From positions 768,001-832,000 of the forward strand of contig CBDBCR010000001.1 in the NCBI GenBank assembly GCA_965203465.1: DNA of 64,000 nt, in the 5' to 3' direction. The first letter of the stretch is position 1. Each line of letters starts with the position of its first letter. Of this stretch, positions 39,753-48,135 are shown one piece after another. This stretch comes from Nitrosopumilaceae archaeon (GTDB lineage Archaea > Thermoproteota > Nitrososphaeria > Nitrososphaerales > Nitrosopumilaceae). The position numbers and the translations under genes were made by a program. The notes beneath the pieces were generated by a model. The model had not been told where the DNA came from. It did not search any database and was given only the letters and a program-made list of their open reading frames with translations.

Positions 39753-40670
39753 ATGCCGAAGGGCAACGCGTTCGTCGCCGGAGAGCACATGTCCATGCCG
39801 GCCGATTGGGACAGGATGGAAAATCCCGTCTTTGAGCTCGATCCCTTCGGCAAGCTGGAATGCGATATCGGGTGCGGCCGGGGCCACGTAGAGTTGATTG
39901 GGGCGTACCGCGAGATCGCAAGGCTCCGGAAGCGGATGCACATAGATTCCATGTTCCTGAACTTTGATCTGAACCGACTGCGGTCAGACATAGGCGGCGG
40001 GGCCGGGTTCGACTTGCACGATGCGGCAAGCTCGTACAGCGTGCCGGCCGGCCTGGCCGGGGGCGCGCCGGCCGAGCTCTCCGAAGATTACGCCCGCGCC
40101 CTGTTCTGCCGGCGGGAACAGCTGGCCCGCGGCGCGCTGGAACAGCTAAAGTACCACTACCAAAAAGACGCTCAAAGCCCCACCGCAAAGTTTCGCAGAG
40201 CCACGGCCCCGACAGACAACGGCGTCCAGCGCATATCCAACCCCGCTCCCGGCGACGGCAGCCGCAACACCGGCATGCTCGACGAGATCGCTTACTGCAG
40301 CCATGAGTTTTTCGACGCTTTCGGGTACCCCCTGACGCGCTTTGCGTGCTCGCTGAGCACGGCCCTAAAGATAGCCCGCAATTCGTTTGAAGGCTGCGAT
40401 CCCGTCGTCAAAGCTTACAAAACCGACGGAATCTTGGAGTTTCCCGGCACGTCCGGCTATACCATGGTGGTTTCAAACACGTGCCACAACGATGTCCTCT
40501 ACGCCATCTCGGACAGATACGCCCTGCTAAAGGCCGAGGGCCCCAAGATCATAACGCAGCACAGATCCGGGATCCTAGACGTGCTGGACTTTAACCAGTA
40601 CAGGTGCGCGCACCAAAACCTGCCCGCGGATCGCCTGCTTGGCTGCGTCATAGACCTGCAGACCACTTGA
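39753..40670 (+). CDS. Hypothetical protein
   Basis: About 305-aa ORF with protein-like composition; start uncertain (39753 or 39789). Confidence 0.65.
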   Translation: MPKGNAFVAGEHMSMPADWDRMENPVFELDPFGKLECDIGCGRGHVELIGAYREIARLRKRMHIDSMFLNFDLNRLRSDIGGGAGFDLHDAASSYSVPAGLAGGAPAELSEDYARALFCRREQLARGALEQLKYHYQKDAQSPTAKFRRATAPTDNGVQRISNPAPGDGSRNTGMLDEIAYCSHEFFDAFGYPLTRFACSLSTALKIARNSFEGCDPVVKAYKTDGILEFPGTSGYTMVVSNTCHNDVLYAISDRYALLKAEGPKIITQHRSGILDVLDFNQYRCAHQNLPADRLLGCVIDLQTT

Positions 40671-40735
40671 GCGCGCCTCGCCAGCGCAGGCCGCGTGAAA
40701 ACACGGTACAAATACGCCCTGCAGGCATAGGAAGT

Positions 40736-40900
40736 GTGAGCGACAACATCGAATTCGTGAACATGGATGACGATCTGAACGCACTGAAGGATCCCGACGA
40801 CCCGCTGTACGGCGTCTTGTCCGCGATGCGTAGGATCCTGGAGGATCTGGAGGATCGGGTGGCCGATGTGGAAGAGCGCGTGGGCAACGCCGGGATCTGA
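40736..40900 (+). CDS. Small acidic coiled-coil protein
   Basis: VSDNIEFVNMDDDL...RRILEDLEDRVADVEERVG; 54 aa. Confidence 0.55.
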   Translation: MSDNIEFVNMDDDLNALKDPDDPLYGVLSAMRRILEDLEDRVADVEERVGNAGI

Positions 40901-41226
40901 GCCGCGGCGATCGGCCGGCTCGTCCGGCAGATGCAGCGACGCCCCGCCGCGCTCGGCCTCGCCGACGCCCGCAGGACGTCCTTTCTGACGGCCGCCGGCT
41001 CGGGCTGCGCGCAGAACGGAGCCCGGCGCGGTCGTCTTTTGGTTCATGCGGCCGTTTTGCCCCGCCGCCGGATTTGCGATCGGAAATCGCCGATCCGTCG
41101 GCGCGGCTTGGTTAGCCGGCAGTCGGAAACTGCTCTTGTACAATCCCGTAATCCAAAATACCGTAGATTAGATGTACGGTAAAATAACCGGTTGGCTTTT
41201 AACCCCCGGCCTGCCCGGCCCTGAAC

Positions 41227-41997
41227 ATGTCGGCAATATGCCCGGGCCACGTGCTGGATCGTAGCGTGCGGGATCGGGCGCGCCGCGAGTTCGCCCGCCT
41301 GATCCAATGGGGGATTCTCCACGCGGCTGACACCGTAGCTGTCATGGCCGAGACGCTGGAAACGAACCCCTACGCGGTCTTGGGCTGGGGGAGCCCGGAA
41401 TCTAAAGCGTACGCTCGGGCAGCAGGCGCCAAGGACTGGAGCCTCGCAGACAAGATATACCTCGACTGGCTCAAAATGCACGATCTGCTCGCGTACCGCT
41501 ACACGCTGTACATGGAGAGTCTGGCACGCGAGTTCACCGAGGCCCTGGCCCACAACGCATCCAGGGCCGGAACGCTATACCGCTGGATGAGCTTGGAAGA
41601 GTTGCCAAGCTACCTGGACGGCACGTTCAAAAGCAGGACGGAGGCGGGCGGCGGGAGCCGCGGATACAAGGCGTTCAGTTTGTGGATCAACGCATACGCC
41701 GGCAAGCGTGCGGCGTCGGTCACGGTGCCCGTCAACTACAAGATCCGTAGCGCTCTCCGGCCCGCAGCATATACGACCGTGCCTTGGCCGGTTCAGTCCG
41801 CGGACGAAAGAATCGACAGCCGCAAGCACCTCCTCCACGCGGGCGAGACCGAGTGCAGGCTGCGCGACGGCACCCGCGTGCCAGACGGCGCCTTTATCAG
41901 CGTGCAGAGGCGCGCGCTGGACGCGTCGCCCGATCCCCCGCAGTATTACTCGATGCTTGAGTCTCTGGAGGACGTGATACCTGTGCGCTTCGTTTAG
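41227..41997 (+). CDS. Putative ADP-ribosyltransferase-fold protein (R-S-E type)
   Basis: TLYRWMS...YKAFSL...GETECRL order of motifs; TTTTAA upstream; C-terminus conserved in a second copy. Confidence 0.55.
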   Translation: MSAICPGHVLDRSVRDRARREFARLIQWGILHAADTVAVMAETLETNPYAVLGWGSPESKAYARAAGAKDWSLADKIYLDWLKMHDLLAYRYTLYMESLAREFTEALAHNASRAGTLYRWMSLEELPSYLDGTFKSRTEAGGGSRGYKAFSLWINAYAGKRAASVTVPVNYKIRSALRPAAYTTVPWPVQSADERIDSRKHLLHAGETECRLRDGTRVPDGAFISVQRRALDASPDPPQYYSMLESLEDVIPVRFV

Positions 41998-42459
41998 GGG
42001 CGGCCAGCACCCGTTTCCACTCTTCTGCGGCCGCCTTTTGGGCAAGCGCCCACGAGTACTCGTCGATCTCTTTGCTCTTGACGCGGCAGGCCGCGATCTT
42101 TTCCTCGTCGGTCATGTACCTGCAGGCGTGCCGCCAAGTGATCCTGAGGACTGCATCCGAAGCCTCCGTTTTGAGCTCGTCCGGTATGGTCGGGCCGCTA
42201 AGCGGAACGGAGGCGAATATCAAGCGGGCCCTTCGCTCCGCGACCTTTTTCCAGGCCTCAAAGTATTCGGCGGATCTGGCTTTCCTGTCGCTTTCCTCCC
42301 ACGGGGTGTTGATGATGCTCTCCATCGTGTTGGCAAACTCGGGTGGCTCGGCCTTCTGCATGGCCCACCCTAGAATGGCGGGTATAAATCTCAAACGCTG
42401 TTCACACAGGCACGGCCCCGGCCCCGGCCGCCTACACGTCCACCTGGGACCTTTCGCCC
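41855..42459 (+). repeat. About 600-bp dispersed direct repeat, copy 2
   Basis: Matches 19016-19620, including CCGGCCGCCTACACGTCCACCTGGGACCTTTCGCCC (rmlA 3' end). Confidence 0.92.
41897..42361 (-). CDS. Small helical protein convergent with the ART-like gene
   Basis: MQKAEPPEFANT...; TTTATAC box upstream; the stop present in copy 1 (TGA) is CGA here, extending the ORF by about 31 aa. Confidence 0.75.
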   Translation of the reverse strand: MQKAEPPEFANTMESIINTPWEESDRKARSAEYFEAWKKVAERRARLIFASVPLSGPTIPDELKTEASDAVLRITWRHACRYMTDEEKIAACRVKSKEIDEYSWALAQKAAAEEWKRVLAAPKRSAQVSRPPETQASSNTAGDRATRPARASAR

Positions 42460-42736
42460 GGCACCGGGCACCCTGTCGCTTGCATCACATCTCTGGCGAT
42501 CTAGGGGCGGGGGATGTTTCGGCATCCGCGTTTCGGCATCCGGGCGGGGCCGCGCCGACAAACAGATCGCGCCGGCCGGCGGCGGGCCCGTGCTGCCGGG
42601 CCGGCAGAAACGCGGGCGCGCGGAAGAGGCGCAGTTGCGCGCAAATTGATCGTCGGCCGAGCTTGGCTTCAGGCGCGATTCCCGAACAAAGACTATATAT
42701 ACGGGCAGGACTAGATGCCGCGCGGGCGGCGGCGCC

Positions 42737-44555
42737 GTATGCACTCACCCCCTCCGTCCGACGCCTGAGACGGACTGACGCTGCCCGTAGCGCGTCCGGC
42801 GGCCCGTCAGGCGCGGTCAGGCAACAGCCGCCGCCGGAGCCGGCCGTCGCCCCGCCTCGGCCCCGGGCGGCCTCGGCAGGCCGGAGGCGGGCGAATCGAA
42901 TACCGACCAGTCGCGCGGCGCCGGCGGCCCGGGGTTGAACATGTCCCATCCGGGGTCGCGCAGCATCTCGACTACCGCCCTACACGGAAATACGTCGTTC
43001 ATGCCGCACGTCATGACGAACGTCAGCAGCCTGGAGAATACCTCGCGCCCCTCCGGCGTCGTGATCTGGTGGCGCACGTTGCGGTGCCTGACCGGGCCGT
43101 CCCTTATGGCGAGCTCGGCGGCGTTGTTGTGCGGCGGCATGCCCGGGTACGACAGGAACGTGAACATGTGCGGCACCGCCTTGGCCAAGTGCTTTTTCAG
43201 CCTGCCTTCCGGGTACGCCGAGATCATAGAGCGCACCTCGCGCGTCAGCTCGGTCACGGTGAACGGCGCGGCCGTCTTCATTTTCTTGATCTTGTGGTAA
43301 AAGCCCGAGGCCTGCTCGTGCCTCGCGCGATCGCCCGCGTCGCCGTCCACGGCCGGCGCCTCTACGTGGCCGAGCAGGTGCCTCCAGCACCTCTGCACGG
43401 CGGCGAACACGGCAGGGTACGACGGGTTTCCGTCGGCGACGATCGCCAGGTGCTGGAGCCAGCCGAAATATTCCCGCAGGAACGGGATCCCCTTGTGGGG
43501 CGTGGCGACGACGAACGCCGCGTGCTTGCATATGAACACCCACACGGTGCCCACCTTGCCGACTATCCCTATCTTGATGCCGGTCTCGTCGCCCTGCACG
43601 AATTTGCACCTCAGGAACGCCCGTTTGATGAGGTCCAGCTGCCTGTCCAGCGCGCAAGAGACCGCTTTGCGCGCCGAGGCTATGGCCGACTCCGACACCT
43701 TGAACCCGAAGAACGCTTCGAGAAGGCGCGAAATGTCCGCGTCGGTGCACCGCATCCCGTACAGCTCCGTTACCAGGCCCAGCAGCACCGGCCCCATCGA
43801 CGTGCCCTCCAGGAACGGGGACGGGGCGACGATCTTCTTATTGCAGTCCGGGCACCGCCCCGTCTCCAGGACGGCGATGAACGTGACCACCTTTCTGCAC
43901 TTGTCGAAATCCGAAACCGTCTTGTGTATGCATTCCCTGCTTTCGAGCCGCGCCCCGCACCCGCAGCGCGAGACCGTGTACTTTCTGCACAGCACCGGCA
44001 CGTTGGCGTGTGAGACGCCGGGGTGCACCGCCGGCGGGCCCCTCTTGCGGCCCTTGCCGCCCGGCCGCACCGGCCTGTCCGAGCCGGACCCGTCGCTCCC
44101 CCGCGCCCCGTGCTTTTTGCGGTACTTGTTGCGCCTGTGGTTGAACTGCGACTTTGTCGACGACGGGGCGTTGGGGCCCTCGTACAGGGCCAGCCTGGCC
44201 TTGTACTTTTCCTTCTCGGCCCTCTCCGAGGCCACCTGCTCTTTCAATACCACGATCTGGTTGTCCTGGTCGAAGATCATGATGTGGGCCGCGACCAGCT
44301 CCCCGCGCAGCAGTACAGCTTCCGACGCCATGGGTGCGGCCCGAAAGACCCCGGATCTAAAGATGTCGATCAATTTTTGTTGACTTTTTGTTCATTCTGC
44401 GTTTACGGCCGGGGGGCAGACAAGCCCCGGCCGGGGGGCCGGACGGGCGCGCGCCGCGGCTGCGGGCGCCCGACCGTGGGTTCACCCGCCCCTGCAGTGC
44501 GTCAGCCTAGGGCGTTTCGTGCCTACGGGCCGGGGGGGGGGGGGTGAGTGCATAC
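42737..44555 (-). mobile_element. IS66-family element, single ORF, 1819 bp
   Basis: Terminal inverted repeats GTATGCACTCACCCCC; 8-bp TSD GCGGCGCC at 42729-42736 and 44556-44563. Confidence 0.93.
42817..44373 (-). CDS. IS66 family transposase
   Basis: NAPSS, CPDC, VQGDET, VADG..QRCWRHL, PHNNAAELAIR. Confidence 0.92.
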   Translation of the reverse strand: MIDIFRSGVFRAAPMASEAVLLRGELVAAHIMIFDQDNQIVVLKEQVASERAEKEKYKARLALYEGPNAPSSTKSQFNHRRNKYRKKHGARGSDGSGSDRPVRPGGKGRKRGPPAVHPGVSHANVPVLCRKYTVSRCGCGARLESRECIHKTVSDFDKCRKVVTFIAVLETGRCPDCNKKIVAPSPFLEGTSMGPVLLGLVTELYGMRCTDADISRLLEAFFGFKVSESAIASARKAVSCALDRQLDLIKRAFLRCKFVQGDETGIKIGIVGKVGTVWVFICKHAAFVVATPHKGIPFLREYFGWLQHLAIVADGNPSYPAVFAAVQRCWRHLLGHVEAPAVDGDAGDRARHEQASGFYHKIKKMKTAAPFTVTELTREVRSMISAYPEGRLKKHLAKAVPHMFTFLSYPGMPPHNNAAELAIRDGPVRHRNVRHQITTPEGREVFSRLLTFVMTCGMNDVFPCRAVVEMLRDPGWDMFNPGPPAPRDWSVFDSPASGLPRPPGAEAGRRPAPAAAVA

Positions 44556-44602
44556 GCGGCGCCAGCGCCAACGTTCATAACGACGGTTCCGCGCTTTCGC
44601 GC

Positions 44603-45109
44603 GTGGAATCCAGGAGGGAAAGGCTGAGGATCGGCCTGGCGCACAAGCAGCAAGTCATCTTTTTGGTCATGCTCGCGGTGGGCGGCGGCCTCTTGACGGC
44701 GAGCCTTCTGTCCGGCCCCTACGTGGCCGAGGGCATAGCCTTTATGTTGGTGGGGCTGGCAGGGTTGCTCATGTCGTGGACCACGTTCGACATAGGCGCC
44801 GGGATCAAGGAGGTAGTCCGCGAGGTGGGCAGGGAGAACCGCGAAGCTGTCCGCGAGGTGGGCAGGGAGAACCGCGAAGCTGTCCGCGAGGTGGGCAGGG
44901 AGAGCCGGGAGGCGCTGGACAGAACGCTGGACAGAATTCTGGAGGCGCAAAGAGAGTCCCAGAAAGAGACGCGGGAGCTGATAGCAGAGTCCCAGAAAGA
45001 GACGCGGGAGCTGATAGGCAAGATGTCTGAATCACAAGACCGGATATCAAAGTCCCAAGACAGCATCGCGAGGCTGCTGGAGCGCGTGGTAAAGAACTCC
45101 GGGGCCTGA
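44603..45109 (+). CDS. 2-TM plus coiled-coil repeat protein, copy 1
   Basis: Two hydrophobic helices, SWTTFDIGAGIKE, (VREVGRENREA) about 3 times and (ESQKETRELIA) twice as 33-bp repeats. Confidence 0.75.
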   Translation: MESRRERLRIGLAHKQQVIFLVMLAVGGGLLTASLLSGPYVAEGIAFMLVGLAGLLMSWTTFDIGAGIKEVVREVGRENREAVREVGRENREAVREVGRESREALDRTLDRILEAQRESQKETRELIAESQKETRELIGKMSESQDRISKSQDSIARLLERVVKNSGA

Positions 45110-45169
45110 CGGCCGGATCGCGCCGGCAGCAGCATCGACGCCGTTCGCGGCACGCCCGCAACGCGCTGC

Positions 45170-45385
45170 ATGAGCGTGGCAAAAAGTGCCGTCGGACGCC
45201 TGATCTACGGCATCTGCGAAACCGGAGGCCCGAAAGGACGCCCCATCGTGATCAGGCGCCTGATCGGGAAGCGCCGCGTGACCGAGGGGGCGTTCGGCAG
45301 GATCGCGACCTGCGCGCTGACCTGGCGCAAGCGGGGCCCGGACGCCTACGGCGAGTTCTACCGGCGCCCCCGCCAACGTTCATAA
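45170..45385 (+). pseudogene. C-terminal fragment of an IS66 transposase
   Basis: RPIVIRRLIG..FGRIATCALTWRKRGPDAYGEF aligns with REIVIHRKIRG..YGNIFTCIATWKNQGLDYVKEL of the 17137 transposase. Confidence 0.65.
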
Positions 45386-45407
45386 CGACGGATCCGCGCT
45401 TTCCGGC

Positions 45408-45863
45408 GTGGAAAACAAAAAAGACTGGGTAAGGATCGGCCTGGTACAAAAGCAGCAGGTTATCTTTGCGGCCATGCTCGTGGTTGGCGGCGGCCTCTTG
45501 ACGGCGAGCCTGCTGACCGAGCGCTTTCTGGCGGCCGAGGGCATAGCGTTTATTTTGGTGGGGCTGGCGGGGCTGCTCATGTCGTGGACCACGTTCGACA
45601 TAGGCGCCGGAATAAAGGAAACGGTCCGCGAGGTTGGCCGGCAGAACAGGGAGGCAATCCGCGAGGCGAGCAGGGACAACATGGCGGCGCTGGACAGAAT
45701 GGCGGAGGCCCAAAAAGAGGCCCAAAAGGAGTCCCAAAAAGAGACGCGCGAGATGATAGCAGAGTCCCAAAAAGAGACGCGCGAGCTGGTGGGCAGGATA
45801 GCAGAGTCACAAAACGCCATCGCGAAACTGCTGGAGCGCGTGGTAAAGAACTCGGGGGCCTGA
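45408..45863 (+). CDS. 2-TM plus coiled-coil repeat protein, copy 2
   Basis: Paralog of 44603 with a different repeat count; same upstream motif and LERVVKNSGA end. Confidence 0.78.
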   Translation: MENKKDWVRIGLVQKQQVIFAAMLVVGGGLLTASLLTERFLAAEGIAFILVGLAGLLMSWTTFDIGAGIKETVREVGRQNREAIREASRDNMAALDRMAEAQKEAQKESQKETREMIAESQKETRELVGRIAESQNAIAKLLERVVKNSGA

Positions 45864-46001
45864 CTACCAGATCGCCCGGGCCGCGCCGGAGACGCGGCGA
45901 AAGCCCCCTGCAAATCTACCCGGGCGGCAGGCAGAGCCGCGCCGTTCCGGCGAGCGGGCTGGCTCGCGCCCGCGCCAACGTCCATAGCGACGGTTCCGCG
46001 C

Positions 46002-46374
46002 GTGGAATCTAGGAGGGAAAGGCTAAGGATCGGCCTGGCACACAAGTAGCAGGTCATCTTCGTGGCCATGCTGTCGGGGGGCGGCGGCTTCTTGCTGGCA
46101 AGCACGCTGTCCGGCCTACGTGGCCGAGAGCATGGCGTTTATTCTGGCGGGGTTGTTCATGTCGTGGACCACGTTCGACATAGGCGCCGGAATAAAGAAA
46201 ACAGTCCGCGAGGTGGGCCGGGACAACCGGGAGGCGCTGGGCAGAATCGCAGAGTCGCAAAAAGAGACGCGGGATCTGATGGACAAGATGTCAGAATCCC
46301 AAGACAGGATATCAGAATCCCAAGACGGCATCGCGAGGCTGCTGGAGCGCGCGCTAAAGAGCCCGGGGGCCTGA
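46002..46374 (+). pseudogene. 2-TM plus coiled-coil repeat protein, copy 3 (inactivated)
   Basis: CAG>TAG at 46047-46049 and a small deletion frameshift near 46115 relative to copy 1. Confidence 0.8.
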
Positions 46375-46454
46375 CGGCCGGATCGCCCGGACCGGGGCGG
46401 CCCGCCAGCGCACATCCGAGGGCCCGGCGCGCCCCCGGCCGAGCAGTGTCGTAG

Positions 46455-46528
46455 TGGGCCCGAAGGGCTTCGATCCCCCGGCTCACCGATTATGAGTCGG
46501 TTACTCTACCAAGCTGAGTTACGGGCCC
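46455..46528 (-). tRNA. tRNA with CAT anticodon, likely tRNA-Ile2
   Basis: Cloverleaf GGGCCCG..ACTC/GAGT..ACCGA-CTCATAA-TCGGT..ATCGAAG..CGGGCCCA; the GGGCCC acceptor stem is Ile-like. Confidence 0.88.
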
Positions 46529-46561
46529 ACGGGCGGGCCGACCCCGAGATGCTATAAAATG

Positions 46562-47176
46562 TTAACAGTACGCCTCGTAGCACGAATCGAGCAGCATGTG
46601 CTGCGCGTCGAGGGACGCAGAGGCGCTCTCCAGCGCGCCGGGGCCGCCTAGCGCGCCCCTCCAAGAGGCCGCGTGCCTCACGTCGGCCTCCATGTGCAGG
46701 CGGAAATACTCGGTTGCCCGCTCCGAGCCGATGCCATAAAACTCGGCCAGCCCGTCCAGCTTTGCCCGGCTTATGGCGGGTATCTCTTTTTCGAAAGCGT
46801 ACATGGCCGCCGCGCCGCCCCCGTAGGTTCCCATCAGGGATCCCAAAAGGGCCACGGCCCTGCGCGTCTTTTCGAGGCCCGCGTACGAGTCCAGCTCCGC
46901 TGCCGGCACGCCCAGGCTCGAGGCGAACCTGCGCCACGGCCCTATGTGGGAGCGCTCCTCTTCCCTGTTGGACGCAAGCTCGGCCCTCTCGGATTCGGGC
47001 GCCAGATCTATGATGGGATCCATGAACCCCGGCACCGCCTTTACCAGCTGAAAGTACTCTTTCGAATAGCCGGCCAAGGAACCGAGGCTCAGCTCGCCTG
47101 CCGACCACGCGCGGTAGAACGGGTGCTTTAGGAGGCTCCTCGCCTCTATCATGGCGTCGATGCGCGCGGCCTGCAT
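46562..47176 (-). CDS. PqqC/TenA/CADD-like heme-oxygenase-fold protein
   Basis: LLKHPFYRAWSAGEL, EEERSH..W, YAFE, YFRLHMEADVRH. Confidence 0.88.
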   Translation of the reverse strand: MQAARIDAMIEARSLLKHPFYRAWSAGELSLGSLAGYSKEYFQLVKAVPGFMDPIIDLAPESERAELASNREEERSHIGPWRRFASSLGVPAAELDSYAGLEKTRRAVALLGSLMGTYGGGAAAMYAFEKEIPAISRAKLDGLAEFYGIGSERATEYFRLHMEADVRHAASWRGALGGPGALESASASLDAQHMLLDSCYEAYC

Positions 47177-47526
47177 GTGGGGGCGGGCCCGGCGGCCCGA
47201 TTAAAAACGTTGGCCGCGCGCCTCGGGGCGCGGAACCCGCCCCGCAGCTCGCAGGCGATCGCCGGCGCTTCCGCCCGGCTAGCGGCCGCCCGCGGCGCGA
47301 ACGCGCGCCGCGGACTGGGGCCGTTTCAGGCCCGGCCGCAGTTCGGACGATCCGCCGCCGGACGGCGGCCCGGCGCCGCTTCGCCGCGCAGCGGAGCCCG
47401 AGCCCGCGCGCAACGGCGCCGCGCATGCCGAGCCGGAGCGGCCTAGGCACGCCAGTCAAATCGACCCGAGTCCACACGGCAAACCCCAAACAAGGTTTAT
47501 ACGGCTCTGGAGCGGAATTGGGCCAC

Positions 47527-48135
47527 ATGACGGGGCAGGGCTTGTCGGCGTCCGGCAGCCTTTCTAGGCGCGACTTTCTGAAACTCATGGGTGCCGCCGG
47601 CACGGGCCTCGCGTTCGCCCCGTTCGTCCCCTGGGGCAACTTTCTGCCCAACCCGCACGGGGCCGTGCTCGAAAAGGTCCCCGTAGAGCTGCCCGAGGGC
47701 TCGCAGGCCAACGTGCACACGTTCCCGACCAACTTCGCCGAGGTCATCACGTACCCAAAGACCGGCGACAGGGTGCTCGACGGCGAGGCCTTCCGCAAGT
47801 GGCAGTTCATCCGGCTCCCCGAGGAGATGGGCGGCTCTGCCAACGATCCGAGCGCGTTTCGGGCCTACAGCATGGTCTGCCTGCACCTGTGGTGCCTGTG
47901 GTCGTACGTCTCGGCCGAGGGCCGCAAGCGCGGCGAGTGCCCATGCCACGGCAGCATGTACGATCCCACGACGGGCGAGGCCATACAGGGCCCCGCTTCG
48001 GTGCAGGCGGCCCCCTCCAACGTGCTGCCGCATCTGCTCTTCGAGGTGGACAGCGACGGGTACGTCTGGATACTGCCGCCCACGTGGAGCCCCAACGAGA
48101 ACGGAGTGATAGGTTATGGACGCTTCCTTAAATAA
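47527..48135 (+). CDS. petC: Tat-exported Rieske 2Fe-2S protein
   Basis: SRRDFLK Tat motif; CLHLWC and CPCHGSMYD. Confidence 0.92.
   Translation: MTGQGLSASGSLSRRDFLKLMGAAGTGLAFAPFVPWGNFLPNPHGAVLEKVPVELPEGSQANVHTFPTNFAEVITYPKTGDRVLDGEAFRKWQFIRLPEEMGGSANDPSAFRAYSMVCLHLWCLWSYVSAEGRKRGECPCHGSMYDPTTGEAIQGPASVQAAPSNVLPHLLFEVDSDGYVWILPPTWSPNENGVIGYGRFLK

Noticed and set aside
46455-46528. A54 in the T-loop and two G-U pairs in the T-stem, or identity as initiator tRNA-Met
   Set aside because: The G1-C72 acceptor and lack of three anticodon-stem G-C pairs argue against an initiator; the T-arm variation alone is not evidence of anything new.
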